From Gammaproteobacteria bacterium (GTDB taxonomy: Bacteria > Pseudomonadota > Gammaproteobacteria > QNFN01), in assembly GCA_009937385.1 (NCBI GenBank), contig JAACFL010000001.1, positions 1 to 50,600 on the forward strand: 50,600 nucleotides of DNA, read 5' to 3'. The notes below the pieces were generated by a model. That model was given only the letters and a program-made list of their open reading frames with translations. It was not told the origin of the DNA and searched no databases. The position numbers were made by a program, and so were the translations under genes. Every line of letters begins with the position of its first letter. Position 1 is the first letter of the stretch. Positions 34,473-47,648 of the stretch are shown in pieces.

Positions 34473-34864
34473 CAGCCCTTGCCGTAGATCTCTTCGGGCG
34501 ACTTCTCGACCGGCTCGACCTCGACCCAGTGCTCGCCCTCGAGGCGGCGGAAGAAGCAGTGACGACGCCCGGTGTGGCAGGCGATGCCGCCGATCTGTTC
34601 GACGCTGAGCACGATCACGTCCTTGTCGCAGTCGAGGCGGATCTCGCGCACCTGCTGCACGTGACCCGACTCCTCGCCCTTGCGCCACAGCTTCTGTCGC
34701 GAGCGCGACCAGTAGACGGCGCGCCCCTCGCGGGCGGTCAGTGCCAGCGATTCGCGGTTCATCCACGCCAGCATCAGCATCTCGCCGCTGTCGGCATCGC
34801 GGGCGACCGCCGGCACCAGGCCGTCGTCGGTCCACTTGATCTCGTCGAGCCAGGCGTGGGTCAT
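34472..34864 (-). CDS. hisI: Phosphoribosyl-AMP cyclohydrolase
   Basis: Start at [11 protein letters not shown]. Contains [26 protein letters not shown] and [16 protein letters not shown]...DCDKDVI. Confidence 0.9.
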   Translation of the reverse strand: MTHAWLDEIKWTDDGLVPAVARDADSGEMLMLAWMNRESLALTAREGRAVYWSRSRQKLWRKGEESGHVQQVREIRLDCDKDVIVLSVEQIGGIACHTGRRHCFFRRLEGEHWVEVEPVEKSPEEIYGKG

Positions 34865-34930
34865 GGGGCGCTCGTTCCTCGCAGCGGGCGGGCCATTATG
34901 CGCAAGCGGCCACTGGCTCACCAGTGCGCG

Positions 34931-35698
<768 letters not shown>

Positions 35699-35699
35699 G

Positions 35700-36452
35700 T
35701 CAGGCCTCGAACGGATCGGCGCTGAGTTCGTCGGCGAGCTTCTGCCCCTCGGCCAGGTCGAGCGTACCCTCGTAGATCGCGCGGCCGGTGATGGCACCGA
35801 TGATGCCGGCGTCGGCCACCTCGCAGAGCGCGCGAACGTCGTCGAGGCTGCGCACGCCGCCCGACGCGATCACCGGGATGTGGACCGATTCGGCGAGGCG
35901 CACCGTCGCATCGACGTTGACCCCGCTGAGCATGCCGTCGCGACCGATGTCCGTGTAGACGATCGAGACCACGCCATCCTGCTCGAACTGCTGGGCGAGT
36001 TCGATGGCGTCGTGCCTGGAGAGCTTCGACCAGCCGTCCACCGCGGCACGCCCGTCCTTGGCGTCGAGACCGACGATCACGTGGCCGGGAAACTCCATGC
36101 ACAGGTCGTTGATGAAGTGCGGCTGGGTCACCGCCTTGGTGCCGATGATGACGTAACGCACCCCGGCCTCGAGGTAGGTGACCACCGTCTCCTCGTCGCG
36201 GATGCCGCCGCCGACCTGCACCGGCAGGTCGGGATACGCCGCGCAGATGTCGTGGATCACCTGCGCGTTGACCGGGGTGCCGGCGAACGCGCCGTTGAGG
36301 TCGACGACGTGCAGCCGTCGTGCGCCGGCCTCGACCCAGCGCCCGGCAACCGCCACCGGGTCGTCGGAGAAGACCGTCTCGTCCTCCATGCGCCCCTGGC
36401 GCAGGCGTACACACTTGCCATCCTTCAGGTCGATCGCCGGTATCAGCAGCAT
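35700..36452 (-). CDS. hisA: 1-(5-phosphoribosyl)-5-[(5-phosphoribosylamino)methylideneamino]imidazole-4-carboxamide isomerase
   Basis: [22 protein letters not shown]... is the canonical HisA sequence. Confidence 0.95.
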   Translation of the reverse strand: MLLIPAIDLKDGKCVRLRQGRMEDETVFSDDPVAVAGRWVEAGARRLHVVDLNGAFAGTPVNAQVIHDICAAYPDLPVQVGGGIRDEETVVTYLEAGVRYVIIGTKAVTQPHFINDLCMEFPGHVIVGLDAKDGRAAVDGWSKLSRHDAIELAQQFEQDGVVSIVYTDIGRDGMLSGVNVDATVRLAESVHIPVIASGGVRSLDDVRALCEVADAGIIGAITGRAIYEGTLDLAEGQKLADELSADPFEA

Positions 36453-36465
36453 CGTCTTGTCCTCG

Positions 36466-37125
36466 TCACTCCTGGCTGTTGCCTGATGGCGCGCCACCGT
36501 CCCACTCGGCGAAGTTGGCCAGCAGGCGCAGACCGGCGTGCTGGCTCTTCTCGGGGTGGAACTGCACCGCGAAAACGTTGTCCCGGGCGAGCACCGAAGC
36601 GTAGCGCCGCCCGTAGTCGGTGAGGCCGGCGACCAGGGTGGGGTCGTCCGGATCGACGTAGTAACTGTGTACGAAGTAGAAGCGGCTGAGGTCGTCGATG
36701 CCTTCCCAGAGCGGGTGTCCACCGACCTGCTCGACCTGGTTCCAGCCCATCTGTGGAATCTTCAGCCTCCCGGCCGTTGGATCGAGACCCTCGCGGAGGG
36801 AGCGTACGCGGCCCGGCACCAGCCCCAGGCAATCGACCCCGCCGCCCTCGTCGGAGTGCTCGAGCAGGACCTGCAGGCCCATGCAGATGCCGAGGAAGGG
36901 TCTGCTCTGCGCGGCCTCGCGGATCACGTCGACCAGCCCGGCCGCACGGATCTCGTGCATGCAGTCGCGCGCCGCGCCCTGGCCGGGGAACACCACGCGC
37001 TCGGCGTCGAGGATCTCCCTGGCCACGGCGGTGACGCGCACGCGACGGCCGGCAACGTGCTCCAGCGCCTTGGCGATGGAGTGCAGGTTGCCCATGCCGT
37101 AATCGATGATGGCGATCGTGTTCAT
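36466..37125 (-). CDS. hisH: Imidazole glycerol phosphate synthase, glutamine amidotransferase subunit
   Basis: [25 protein letters not shown] and FVHSY are class-I GATase HisH motifs. Confidence 0.95.
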   Translation of the reverse strand: MNTIAIIDYGMGNLHSIAKALEHVAGRRVRVTAVAREILDAERVVFPGQGAARDCMHEIRAAGLVDVIREAAQSRPFLGICMGLQVLLEHSDEGGGVDCLGLVPGRVRSLREGLDPTAGRLKIPQMGWNQVEQVGGHPLWEGIDDLSRFYFVHSYYVDPDDPTLVAGLTDYGRRYASVLARDNVFAVQFHPEKSQHAGLRLLANFAEWDGGAPSGNSQE

Positions 37126-37156
37126 GGCGGCGTGGCGTGGCGCCAGCGGTAGCGGG

Positions 37157-37750
37157 TCAGAGCTGCCCCTTGGTCGATGGCGTGACGCCGGTCATGCGCG
37201 GGTCGGGCTCGACCGCCATGCGCAGCGCGCGGGCGAAGGCCTTGAACACCGTCTCGGCGATGTGGTGCGCGTTCTGGCCGCGCAGCGCATCGACGTGCAG
37301 CGTCACCTGGGCATGGTTGACGAAGCCCTGGAAGAACTCGTGGAACAGCTCGGTATCGAAGTCGCCGACCCGGGCGCGTGGGAACTCCACCCGCCAGATC
37401 ATGCCGGGCCGGCCCGACAGGTCGATGACCACGCGCGACAGCGCCTCGTCCAGTGGCACGTAGGCGTGACCGTAACGGCGGATGCCACGCTTGTCGCCGA
37501 GCGCCTGCGCGACGGCCTGCCCGAGCGTGATGCCGATGTCCTCGACGGTGTGGTGGCCGTCGATCTCCAGGTCGCCGGTGGCGTTGATGGACAGGTCGAG
37601 CAGCCCGTGGCGCGCGATCTGGTCGAGCATGTGCTCGAGGAACGGCACCCCGGTCGCCAGCTCGGCGCGCCCAGTGCCGTCGAGATCGACGCGGACCTCG
37701 ATCTGGGTCTCCTTGGTATCGCGGCGGACCGACGCCGTGCGCTCGCTCAT
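37157..37750 (-). CDS. hisB: Imidazoleglycerol-phosphate dehydratase
   Basis: [37 protein letters not shown] and NAHHIAE are IGPD motifs. Monofunctional length (197 aa). Confidence 0.95.
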   Translation of the reverse strand: MSERTASVRRDTKETQIEVRVDLDGTGRAELATGVPFLEHMLDQIARHGLLDLSINATGDLEIDGHHTVEDIGITLGQAVAQALGDKRGIRRYGHAYVPLDEALSRVVIDLSGRPGMIWRVEFPRARVGDFDTELFHEFFQGFVNHAQVTLHVDALRGQNAHHIAETVFKAFARALRMAVEPDPRMTGVTPSTKGQL

Positions 37751-37908
37751 TTTTCAAAGGCCTCGCGGCCACTCTTGCCGTGGTGTATCGCTAGCATAAC
37801 CGCATCGCCGCGGGTTTACGAAGGGCCCGTGCACGGCGCTGCCGCGGATGCCCCTGCCGCCGGTGCGGTTGCTTGCCGTTCCCCGCGCGTCACGCCAGAC
37901 TGCACGGC

Positions 37909-39473
<1,565 letters not shown>

Positions 39474-39562
39474 AGCCGTCCGCGGGGTAAGCGGCCTGTA
39501 GAAGCGCCCCCCAGGTCGCGATTCGCCATCAACGGAATCGCACCGTGGGCTCCGCGCCCGCA

Positions 39563-40342
39563 TCAACCGCCGAGATCGAACGACGCCACCACCGGCGCGT
39601 GGTCGGAGGGTTTCTCCCGGCCACGGGGCGTGCGGTCGACGCGGCAGGCCCGCGCGCATGCGGCGAGGTCATCGGTGACCAGCAGCAGGTCGATGCGCAG
39701 GCCGCGGTCGCGGCGGAACGCGTTCATGCGGTAGTCCCACCAGCTGAAGCCGGGCTCGTCGGGGTGCAGCGCGCGGAACAGATCACGCAGGCCAAGCGCC
39801 TCGAGCTCGTGGAACGCCGCGCGTTCCGGTGTGCTGCAGAGCACCTTGTCGCGCCAGGCGTCGGGATCGTGCACGTCGAGATCGGCCGGGGCGATGTTGA
39901 AGTCGCCGGTCAGCAGCAGCCGCGGATGGGCCGCGAGCTCGGCGCGCAGGTGCCCGGTGAGGTGTGCCAGCCAGTCGAGCTTGTAGGCGTACTTGTCGCT
40001 GCCGACCTCGCTGCCGTTCGGCACGTAGACGTTGACCACGCGCACGCCCTCGACGGTGACCGCGAGGAAGCGTCGCTGCGGGTCGTCGAGGCCGGGCAGG
40101 TCGCGCACCTGATCGGTGATCTCGAGCCCGGCGCGCGCCAGCACGGCCACGCCGTTGTAGCTCTTCTGGCCGCTGATCTCGGCGCGGTAGCCGGCCTCGC
40201 CGAACGGCTCGTGCGGGAAATCGGCATCGACCACCTTGGTCTCCTGCAGGCAGACCAGGTCGGGCTGCTCGGCGGCAAGCCAGTCACGCAGGTGGTCGAG
40301 GCGCGCGCGGACCGAGTTGACGTTCCAGGTGGCGATGCGCAC
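39563..40342 (-). CDS. xthA: Exodeoxyribonuclease III
   Basis: MRIATWNVNSVRARL, LQETK, GDFNIAP and SDHAPV are the ExoIII/AP-endonuclease signature. Confidence 0.92.
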   Translation of the reverse strand: MRIATWNVNSVRARLDHLRDWLAAEQPDLVCLQETKVVDADFPHEPFGEAGYRAEISGQKSYNGVAVLARAGLEITDQVRDLPGLDDPQRRFLAVTVEGVRVVNVYVPNGSEVGSDKYAYKLDWLAHLTGHLRAELAAHPRLLLTGDFNIAPADLDVHDPDAWRDKVLCSTPERAAFHELEALGLRDLFRALHPDEPGFSWWDYRMNAFRRDRGLRIDLLLVTDDLAACARACRVDRTPRGREKPSDHAPVVASFDLGG

Positions 40343-40348
40343 CGGAAT

Positions 40349-41314
40349 TCAGCCGCCGAGGCGTACGCCGAACGCCCAGACCGCACCCCCACCGCAGGCG
40401 AAGAACGCGACCAGGCAGGCGCCGGCGAAGAGGCGCAGGCGCAGCGCCATGTCGCGCTGCGACTCGACCGAAAGGATGAACGGCCGGCGCGAAACGCCCG
40501 GGTCGGCGAGCACGTTGATCGGTGCCGCCTGCTGGCGCTCGCGCAGTTCGGCGTCGACCTTCGCCTCGGCCGCGTGCCGCGCGGCATCCCACTCCTGCAG
40601 GTCGATCTTGCCGTCGCCGTCCTTGTCGAAGCGCTTGAGCAACTCGGCCTGGTCGCGCTTCCAGTCGCGCAGCACGGCGGCGACCACGGCGTCGCGGTCG
40701 CCTCCACCGGTGCCGAGCGTGCGGAACTGGCCGATGGCGTAGAGGTCGGTGGCCGGCATGATCCGCTCCTCGGTGTAGCGGTAGCTCCCGAGGCCGACGC
40801 TGAAACCGATCCCGAGGCGGGCCATCCAGCCGCCGTCCTTGCTGGCGAGCGGTGCGCCATTCGGGTAGTGGCTGTCGCCGTACCAGACCTGGTGCACCGA
40901 CGGCGTGACCTCGGCACCCTCGGGATCGACCACGCATTCGCCGGTCTCGTCGCGCAGCCGGAACAGCCCGTCGCTGGTGCCGCGCTCGACGGTGTGCCAG
41001 CGGTCACGATTGCGGCGAGTGCCGAAGCTGTGGCCGTGGCGCTGGTGCTCCTCGATCTTGTAGCGGAACCAGACGCACTGCAGCTTCGACAGCGGCGCGA
41101 CGATCGGCGTGCCGTCGAGCGGCTCGGCCAGGCCGTTGAGCTCGAGGTAGCCCTGCGCGGCGGAGCGGATCTTCGAGGTTGGCGTGTCCTCGATCAGCCG
41201 CGCGCGGACGAAAAAACGGAACAGGCCGTAGAGTGACGCGAGACCGATCGCGACGAGCAGCGCGATCCAGAACCAGAACTCGCCGGCGTTGGCCGAGAGA
41301 ATGCTCTCGCGCAT
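40349..41314 (-). CDS. GIDE-like ('E3 ubiquitin ligase' Pfam family) membrane protein carrying a canonical EF-hand
   Basis: N-terminal TM, then [21 protein letters not shown]...[16 protein letters not shown] (GIDE-type). The EF-hand loop [12 protein letters not shown] is encoded at 40592-40627. There is also a C-terminal TM. Confidence 0.75.
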   Translation of the reverse strand: MRESILSANAGEFWFWIALLVAIGLASLYGLFRFFVRARLIEDTPTSKIRSAAQGYLELNGLAEPLDGTPIVAPLSKLQCVWFRYKIEEHQRHGHSFGTRRNRDRWHTVERGTSDGLFRLRDETGECVVDPEGAEVTPSVHQVWYGDSHYPNGAPLASKDGGWMARLGIGFSVGLGSYRYTEERIMPATDLYAIGQFRTLGTGGGDRDAVVAAVLRDWKRDQAELLKRFDKDGDGKIDLQEWDAARHAAEAKVDAELRERQQAAPINVLADPGVSRRPFILSVESQRDMALRLRLFAGACLVAFFACGGGAVWAFGVRLGG

Positions 41315-41321
41315 GCCGGCC

Positions 41322-41894
41322 TCAGGAGAAGAGCGTCTTCATGTCGACGTCGGCCTTCTCCTCCTCGCTGAACTCGAGCAGTTCGAAGGCCTTGAAGGCA
41401 AACATCCGCGCGACGATCACGTCGGGGAACTGCTCGATGCGAATATTGTTGACGTTCACCGACTCGTTGTAGAACTCGCGGCGATCGGCAATGGCGTTCT
41501 CGAGGCCGCTGATACGCGCCTGCAGGTGCTGGAACGACTCGTTGGCCTTCAGTTCCGGGTACGCCTCGGCGACCGCGAACAGGTTGCCCAGACCCAGGCG
41601 CAGCTGCGACTCGGCCGCACCGAGGGCGCCGATATTGCCGGCCTCGCGCGCCGAGGAGACCGCGGCGCGCGCCTTCATGACGCGCTCCAGCGTCTCCTGC
41701 TCGTAACCCATGTACTGCTTGCAGGTCTCGACCAGCTTGGGCAGCTCGTCGTGGCGCTGCTTGAGCAGCACGTCGATGTTCGACCACGCCTTGCCGACGT
41801 TGTGCTTGAGGGTGACGAGGTTGTTGTAGAGCGTGATCGCGTAGACGGCGACGACGACCAGCAGACCGAGGAAGATGAAGCTGCCGACATCCAT
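41322..41894 (-). CDS. LemA-family protein
   Basis: Start at [54 protein letters not shown] and FYNESV are the LemA signature. Confidence 0.9.
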   Translation of the reverse strand: MDVGSFIFLGLLVVVAVYAITLYNNLVTLKHNVGKAWSNIDVLLKQRHDELPKLVETCKQYMGYEQETLERVMKARAAVSSAREAGNIGALGAAESQLRLGLGNLFAVAEAYPELKANESFQHLQARISGLENAIADRREFYNESVNVNNIRIEQFPDVIVARMFAFKAFELLEFSEEEKADVDMKTLFS

Positions 41895-41966
41895 GGGCAC
41901 TCTCCAGGAAACGAGAACAGGTTGGCCTACTATACTAGCGCGTCCCGTCCAAACCGGCTGAATCCA

Positions 41967-43316
41967 TTGAGCAAGCACTATGACCTGATCGCGATCGGCG
42001 CCGGCAGTGGCGGCCTGTCGGTCGCCGAACGCGCCGCCCTCCACGGCAAGCGTTGCGCCGTCGTCGAGTCCGGCCCGCTTGGAGGCACCTGCGTCAACGT
42101 CGGCTGCGTCCCGAAGAAGGTGATGTGGTTCGGCGCCGGCCTCGCGCACGCCCTCGAGGATGCGGCCGGCTACGGCTTCACGCTGCACGGTCACGACTTC
42201 GACTGGGCCCGGCTCAAGGCCGCGCGCGACCGCTACGTCGGCGGCATCAACGACTGGTACGGCAACTACCTCGCCGATTCCGGCATCGACCTGCTGCGCG
42301 GGACCGCACGGCTGGTCGACGCGCGCCACGTCGAGGTCGACGGCGAGGTCTACGGCGCCGACCACATCGCCCTTGCCCCCGGCGGTGAGCCGATCGTGCC
42401 GGCCGTGGACGGCGCCGAGCACGGCATCACCTCCGACGGCTTCTTCGCGCTCGAGACGCAGCCGCGCAGGGTGGCGATCGTGGGTTCAGGCTACATCGCC
42501 GTCGAGCTCGCCGGGCTGCTCAAAGCGCTCGGGAGCGAGGTGAGCCTGCTGCTGCGCAAGGGCCACGTGCTGCGCGAATTCGATGCCATGCTGCGCGAGA
42601 CGTTGATGGAGAGCATGGGTGAATCGGGCATCAGCATCGTCTCGAGCACCCAGGTCGAGGCGGTGCAGCGCCATGCCGACGGCACGCTGGGGGTGCGCAC
42701 CGACAAGGGCCAGACCCTCGGTCCGTTCGATACGCTGATCTGGGCGATCGGCCGGCGCCCACGCACCGCCGGGCTCGGGCTCGAGGACGCCGGCGTGGAG
42801 ATCGACGGGCAGGGCTTCATTCCCACCGACGACTTCCAGAACACCAACGTCGAGCGCGTCTACGCCCTCGGCGACGTCACCGGGCGCGCCGCGCTGACTC
42901 CCGTTGCGATCGCGGCGGGCCGCCGACTGGCCGACCGGCTGTTCGACGCCCAGCCGGAGCGGCATCTCGACTACCGCCTGATCCCGACGGTGATCTTCAG
43001 CCATCCGCCGATCGGCACCGTCGGCCTGACCGAGGACGAAGCGCGCGAGCGGCACGGCGATGCGGTCAAGGTCTTCCAGACCCGCTTCACCGCGATGTAC
43101 CACGCCCTTTCACCGCATCCCCTGCCCACGGCGATGAAGCTGGTCTGCCTCGGCGCCGAGCAGAAGATCGTCGGCTGCCATGTCATCGGCCCCGGTGCCG
43201 ACGAGATGCTGCAGGGTTTCGCGGTGGCGATCCGCATGGGCGCGACCAAGCGCGATTTCGACGACACCGTGGCGATCCACCCGACCAGCGCCGAGGAACT
43301 GGTGACGATGCGCTGA
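41967..43316 (+). CDS. gor: Glutathione-disulfide reductase
   Basis: A TTG start gives (M)[15 protein letters not shown], which aligns with the E. coli Gor N-terminus MTKHYDYIAIGGGSGG. Redox centre [13 protein letters not shown] and the C-terminal [12 protein letters not shown] are present. Confidence 0.9.
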   Translation: MSKHYDLIAIGAGSGGLSVAERAALHGKRCAVVESGPLGGTCVNVGCVPKKVMWFGAGLAHALEDAAGYGFTLHGHDFDWARLKAARDRYVGGINDWYGNYLADSGIDLLRGTARLVDARHVEVDGEVYGADHIALAPGGEPIVPAVDGAEHGITSDGFFALETQPRRVAIVGSGYIAVELAGLLKALGSEVSLLLRKGHVLREFDAMLRETLMESMGESGISIVSSTQVEAVQRHADGTLGVRTDKGQTLGPFDTLIWAIGRRPRTAGLGLEDAGVEIDGQGFIPTDDFQNTNVERVYALGDVTGRAALTPVAIAAGRRLADRLFDAQPERHLDYRLIPTVIFSHPPIGTVGLTEDEARERHGDAVKVFQTRFTAMYHALSPHPLPTAMKLVCLGAEQKIVGCHVIGPGADEMLQGFAVAIRMGATKRDFDDTVAIHPTSAEELVTMR

Positions 43317-43432
43317 GCCCGCCCTGTCTGGTGATCCGTGGCCCTGGTTGTGGATCGGGCTTCAGCCCGGCAGGACCCAGCGAATATCGGACTCAAGTCC
43401 GACCCACGGGGAGACGTCAACGGCGCCGGCGG

Positions 43433-44254
43433 TCAAGTCTCCGCGCGCAGCGCCGCGATCACCGGCGCCGTCTGCGGCCGCACGCCGCGCCAGACCAGGA
43501 ACGACTCGGCCGCCTGCTCGACCAGCATGCCGAGGCCGTCGGAGGTGCCGCTTGCACCGCGCGCCTCGGCCCAGCGCATGAACGGCGTCGGCTCACGCGC
43601 GTAGACCAGGTCGTAGGCGAAACCGCCCGACACGTCGAGCGATGCGGGCAGTGCCAGCGCCTGGCCGGCCAGGCTCGCCGCGGTGCCGTTGATGACGACG
43701 TCGAAGTGCTGCCCGGCGGGACCATCCAAGCCGCCCCCGCTGACCATGCCCAGGTCGGCGAACGCCGCGGCCAGCGCGGCAGCCTTGTCCGCGGTGCGGT
43801 TCGCGATCACCACGCGCGCGGGCCGCTGCTCCAGCAGCGGCGCGAGGATGCCGCGCACCGCGCCGCCGGCCCCGAGCACCAGCAACGATCGGCCGGCGAG
43901 CTCGATGCCGAGGTTATCGACCAGGTCGCGTACCAGGCCGATGCCGTCGGTGTTGTCGCCGAACGGCGCGCCGTCGCCGTCGAGACGCAGCGTGTTGACC
44001 GCCCCGGCGCGTGCCGCCCGTGCGGAGTGCGTCGCGGCCAGGCGGTAGGCCTCCTCCTTGAGTGGCACCGTGACGTTGAGGCCTCGGCCACCGGCCGCGG
44101 TGAACTCGTCGACTGCCGTGGCCAGCGTGCCTTCCGGCACGCGCAACGCTTCGTAGGTCAGACGTTCGCCGGTCTGCGCCGCGAAACGAGTGTGGATCTG
44201 CGGTGAACGGCTGTGGTCGATCGGGTCCCCGACCACCGCGTAACGGTCGCTCAT
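43433..44254 (-). CDS. aroE: Shikimate dehydrogenase
   Basis: Start at MSDRYAVVGDPIDHSRSPQIH. NVTVPLKEEA, NTDGIG and LGAGGA are AroE motifs. Confidence 0.9.
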   Translation of the reverse strand: MSDRYAVVGDPIDHSRSPQIHTRFAAQTGERLTYEALRVPEGTLATAVDEFTAAGGRGLNVTVPLKEEAYRLAATHSARAARAGAVNTLRLDGDGAPFGDNTDGIGLVRDLVDNLGIELAGRSLLVLGAGGAVRGILAPLLEQRPARVVIANRTADKAAALAAAFADLGMVSGGGLDGPAGQHFDVVINGTAASLAGQALALPASLDVSGGFAYDLVYAREPTPFMRWAEARGASGTSDGLGMLVEQAAESFLVWRGVRPQTAPVIAALRAET

Positions 44255-44366
44255 GCTGGTGTTTCCTCCTCTCGGCCATTCATAATGTGGCGTGAACATG
44301 ACGGTTCGGTTACGAACCGCAGCCCAGGACCCGCGGCCCGCCGGGGTCTCTGCCAAGGAGGACACG

Positions 44367-45047
44367 ATGGCCCTGAGCCCTTTCACCAACCTGTTCGGCC
44401 GCTCGCCGTTCAAGGCGATGCAACAGCACATGCGCGCGGTGATCGACTGCGTCGACACCGTGCCTGAGCTGTTCGATGCGCTCTGCAAGGACGACCATGC
44501 GCGCCTGGTCGCTGCCCAGGAGCGCATCTTCGCCCTCGAGGACGACGCCGACAAGATCAAGAACGAACTCCGGGAGCACCTGCCCAAGAGCCTGTTCCTG
44601 CCGGTCGATCGCCGCGACCTGCTCGAAGTGCTCGACATGCAGGACTCCATCGCCGATACCGCGCAGGACATCGCCGGCCTGCTGGTCGAGCGGCCGATGG
44701 AACTGGTCGACGTGATGCACGCCCCACTCACGGAGCTGGTGCGCCGCTGCGTCGACGCCTGCCATCAGTCGCACCGGGTCATCGAGGAGCTCGACGAGCT
44801 GCTTGAGATGGGTTTTGGCGGCAAGGAGCGCGGCGACGTGCTCGACATGATCACCGAGCTCGGGCGCATCGAGGACGAAACCGACAACCTCGGCATCGAG
44901 CTGACCCGCCTGCTGTTTCGAAACGAGGACCAGATGAAGCCGGTCACGGTGATCTTCTGGTACCAGCTGATCGAGTGGATCGGTGACCTCGCCGACTACG
45001 CCGAGAAGGTGGGCAACCGCCTGCGCCTGATCCTCGCGGCGCGCTGA
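44367..45047 (+). CDS. DUF47/TIGR00153-family (PhoU-like) protein paired with the Pit transporter
   Basis: The ATG at 44367 has AAGGAGGA upstream. Contains FGRSPFKAMQQHM and E.DADKIKNEL...LPVDRRDLLEVL. Confidence 0.85.
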   Translation: MALSPFTNLFGRSPFKAMQQHMRAVIDCVDTVPELFDALCKDDHARLVAAQERIFALEDDADKIKNELREHLPKSLFLPVDRRDLLEVLDMQDSIADTAQDIAGLLVERPMELVDVMHAPLTELVRRCVDACHQSHRVIEELDELLEMGFGGKERGDVLDMITELGRIEDETDNLGIELTRLLFRNEDQMKPVTVIFWYQLIEWIGDLADYAEKVGNRLRLILAAR

Positions 45048-45081
45048 GCGCCGACCCAACCCGACTCGAGGAAAACCAAAC

Positions 45082-46347
45082 ATGGAAATCCTGGCCCAGC
45101 ACGGCAGCTGGTTCATCGCGCTGGCGGTGATCTTCGGTCTCTACATGACCTGGGGCATCGGCGCCAACGACGTGGCCAACGCCATGGGCACGTCGGTCGG
45201 TTCCGGTGCGATCACCATCAAGCAGGCGATCATCATCGCTGCGGTGTTCGAGTTCGCCGGCGCGGTGGTCGCCGGTGGCCACGTCACCAAGACCATCCGC
45301 AAAGGCATCATCGACCCGGGTTCGATCACCGGGCAGCCGGAGCTGCTGGTCTACGGCATGCTCGCCGCACTGCTTGCCGCGGCGATCTGGCTGATGATCG
45401 CCTCGACCCGGGGCTGGCCGGTGTCGACGACCCACTCGATCGTCGGCGCCATCGTCGGCTTCGCGATGGTCGGCATCGGCATGGATGCGGTCAACTGGGG
45501 CAAGATCGGCGGCATCGTCGCCAGCTGGCTGGTCTCGCCGATGCTGGGTGGCCTCATCGCGCTGCTGCTGATGCTCAGCATCCGCAAGCTGATCCTCGAC
45601 ACCGACCAGCCGTTCGACAGCGCCAGGCGCTGGGGCCCGGCCTACATCTTCCTGGTCGGCTTCGTCATCTCGCTGGTGACGCTGTGGAAGGGACTCAAGC
45701 ACCTCAATGTCGACCTGTCGATCGGTGCCAGCTTCGGCGTCGCCGCGCTGATCGGCCTGGTCATCGCCGGCATCGGCTGGGTGCTGATCGAACGCATCAA
45801 GTACGTCCCGGACGAGAACCGCGACTTCCATTTCACCAGCGTCGAGAAGGTGTTCGTGCCGATGATGCTGTTCACCGCCTGCGCGATGGCCTTCGCGCAC
45901 GGTTCGAACGACGTCGCCAACGGCATCGGCCCACTTGCGGCGGTGATCAGCATCGTCCAATCCGGCGGCGAGGTCGCGCAGAAGGCGGCGCTTCCGGTGT
46001 GGGTGCTGCTGCTCGGTGGCGCCGGCATCGTCGTCGGCCTGGCGACGATGGGCTACCGGGTGATGCGGACCGTCGGCACCGAGATCACCGAGCTGACTCC
46101 GAGTCGCGCGTTCTGCGCCACGCTCGCGGCGGCGACCACCGTGGTGCTCGCCTCACGCACCGGGTTGCCGGTCTCGACCACCCATATCGCGGTCGGTGCG
46201 GTAATGGGCGTCGGCCTGGCGCGCGGCATCTCGGCGCTGAACCTGCGCGTCATCGGCGGCATCATCCTCTCGTGGGTGGTCACGCTGCCGATCGCCGGCG
46301 TCCTCGCTGCGCTGGTCTTCTTCCTGCTGAAGGGGATCTTCAGCTAG
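45082..46347 (+). CDS. pitA: Inorganic phosphate transporter, PiT family
   Basis: The duplicated GANDVANAMGTSVGS and GSNDVANGIGP signatures of PiT/PHO4 transporters are both present. Confidence 0.92.
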   Translation: MEILAQHGSWFIALAVIFGLYMTWGIGANDVANAMGTSVGSGAITIKQAIIIAAVFEFAGAVVAGGHVTKTIRKGIIDPGSITGQPELLVYGMLAALLAAAIWLMIASTRGWPVSTTHSIVGAIVGFAMVGIGMDAVNWGKIGGIVASWLVSPMLGGLIALLLMLSIRKLILDTDQPFDSARRWGPAYIFLVGFVISLVTLWKGLKHLNVDLSIGASFGVAALIGLVIAGIGWVLIERIKYVPDENRDFHFTSVEKVFVPMMLFTACAMAFAHGSNDVANGIGPLAAVISIVQSGGEVAQKAALPVWVLLLGGAGIVVGLATMGYRVMRTVGTEITELTPSRAFCATLAAATTVVLASRTGLPVSTTHIAVGAVMGVGLARGISALNLRVIGGIILSWVVTLPIAGVLAALVFFLLKGIFS

Positions 46348-47551
46348 CCGCCGACAGGCGCTCGAGCGGCTTGCCTTTGAACAGCCGCGCGAGCACCGCG
46401 AAGATCATGTCCATCGCCTGGTCGGCGGCCTTGACGGTGGGCCACTCGGAAAGAATCGGCACGTGGCAGCGGTCGGCCTCGGCGAGCAGGAACGACTGCA
46501 GCTGCCAGATCACGTCGAAGCTCTTCAGGTAGCGCTCGGCACGCCGGTTGGGCGCGTCCATCGCGCGACCCCGCAGCTGCTTCTGCAGCTGCTCCGGGTC
46601 GAGGTTGGCGAGCATGAACGGCACGATGATCGCGTCGCCGTCACGCGCCACGCCCTGCATGTAGGCCGGGTGGATGTGAATCCCCTCGAGGATCATCGCC
46701 ACCCGCTCCGAACGCGCGCGGTCGAGCACCGCCTCGACGGCGACCCCGACCTGCTCTGACTGGGTCAGGAAACCGTCGATCATCAGGTCCTCGCCCCCGG
46801 TGGTCGCCAGGTAGCCGGCCGGGAGTGCATTCCAGGCCCGGAAACTCGAGGTGTGAATCGCCGGCAGCAGCTGCTTGGAGGTCATCTGCCGCATCACCTC
46901 GCGCAGCATGTCGGTCGACTGGGTGCGCACGATTTCGAGACGGTGTGCGAGTTCGGCGGCCAGCGTGCTCTTGCCGACCCCGTTGATGCCACCGATCAGC
47001 AGCACCAGCGGGCGCCCACTGCGCAGGAACTCGAGCCACACCAGGTAGCGGTGCGCGACCTCCTCATCGTGGTGGGTCTTGAGGTCGTGGTGGACGAGGT
47101 GTCGGATCTGCTCGGAACTGACCTCGCCGATCGCCAGGCGCTGGAGCTGCATCTGGATCCGGGTCGCGACCGCCTCGGCCTGATCGACGCCGAGTGTCGC
47201 CGATTCGAGCGAGCGCGCGAGGCGACCGGAGGCGAACGAGCTGCGCTCGCCGTTGCTGTTTCGAACGATGATCGAGGGTGCGTGCTCCTGCGGCTGCAGG
47301 TAGCGCTCACTGATCTCCTTGCCATGGCGCTCCGCGAGCCTTGAAGCAACCTTGGCGCGCAGCGTGTCGCTGCTGACCTCGTCGGCGTCCTCGAGCTCAC
47401 GGCGCAGCCAGGTCGCGAGCTTGTAGGCGTCGTTGAAGCCGAGGCCTGTGGACTGCAGCGAGCGCGTCAGGATGCCCCGCAGGTAGGGCATGCGCACGCC
47501 GGTGCGGCTGTCCACCACCTGGGTCTTGCTGCTCTTGTCGTTCTTGGCCAT
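46340..47551 (-). CDS. Double ATP-cone plus P-loop kinase protein (2-phosphoglycerate-kinase-like, COG2074-type)
   Basis: Start at MAKNDKSSK. Two ATP-cone-like segments (MPYLRGILTRSLQSTGL... and IIVRNSNGERSSFASGRLARSLE...). Walker A GGINGVGKSTLAAELA. Family assignment is from memory. Confidence 0.7.
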   Translation of the reverse strand: MAKNDKSSKTQVVDSRTGVRMPYLRGILTRSLQSTGLGFNDAYKLATWLRRELEDADEVSSDTLRAKVASRLAERHGKEISERYLQPQEHAPSIIVRNSNGERSSFASGRLARSLESATLGVDQAEAVATRIQMQLQRLAIGEVSSEQIRHLVHHDLKTHHDEEVAHRYLVWLEFLRSGRPLVLLIGGINGVGKSTLAAELAHRLEIVRTQSTDMLREVMRQMTSKQLLPAIHTSSFRAWNALPAGYLATTGGEDLMIDGFLTQSEQVGVAVEAVLDRARSERVAMILEGIHIHPAYMQGVARDGDAIIVPFMLANLDPEQLQKQLRGRAMDAPNRRAERYLKSFDVIWQLQSFLLAEADRCHVPILSEWPTVKAADQAMDMIFAVLARLFKGKPLERLSAAS

Positions 47552-47648
47552 GTGCCTGGTTCGCTGCGCGATGGGTCCGCGCGGGTGTGGTTCAATGATA
47601 GGCCATCGGCTGGCGACGTCGCTCCTCCCTGGACACCAAGAGGCCTGC

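Noticed and set aside
41289-41966. 226-aa N-terminal extension of glutathione reductase in the 675-aa track ORF
   Set aside because: It is antisense to LemA and has no homology. Starting at the TTG at 41967 reproduces the canonical Gor N-terminus ([15 protein letters not shown]).
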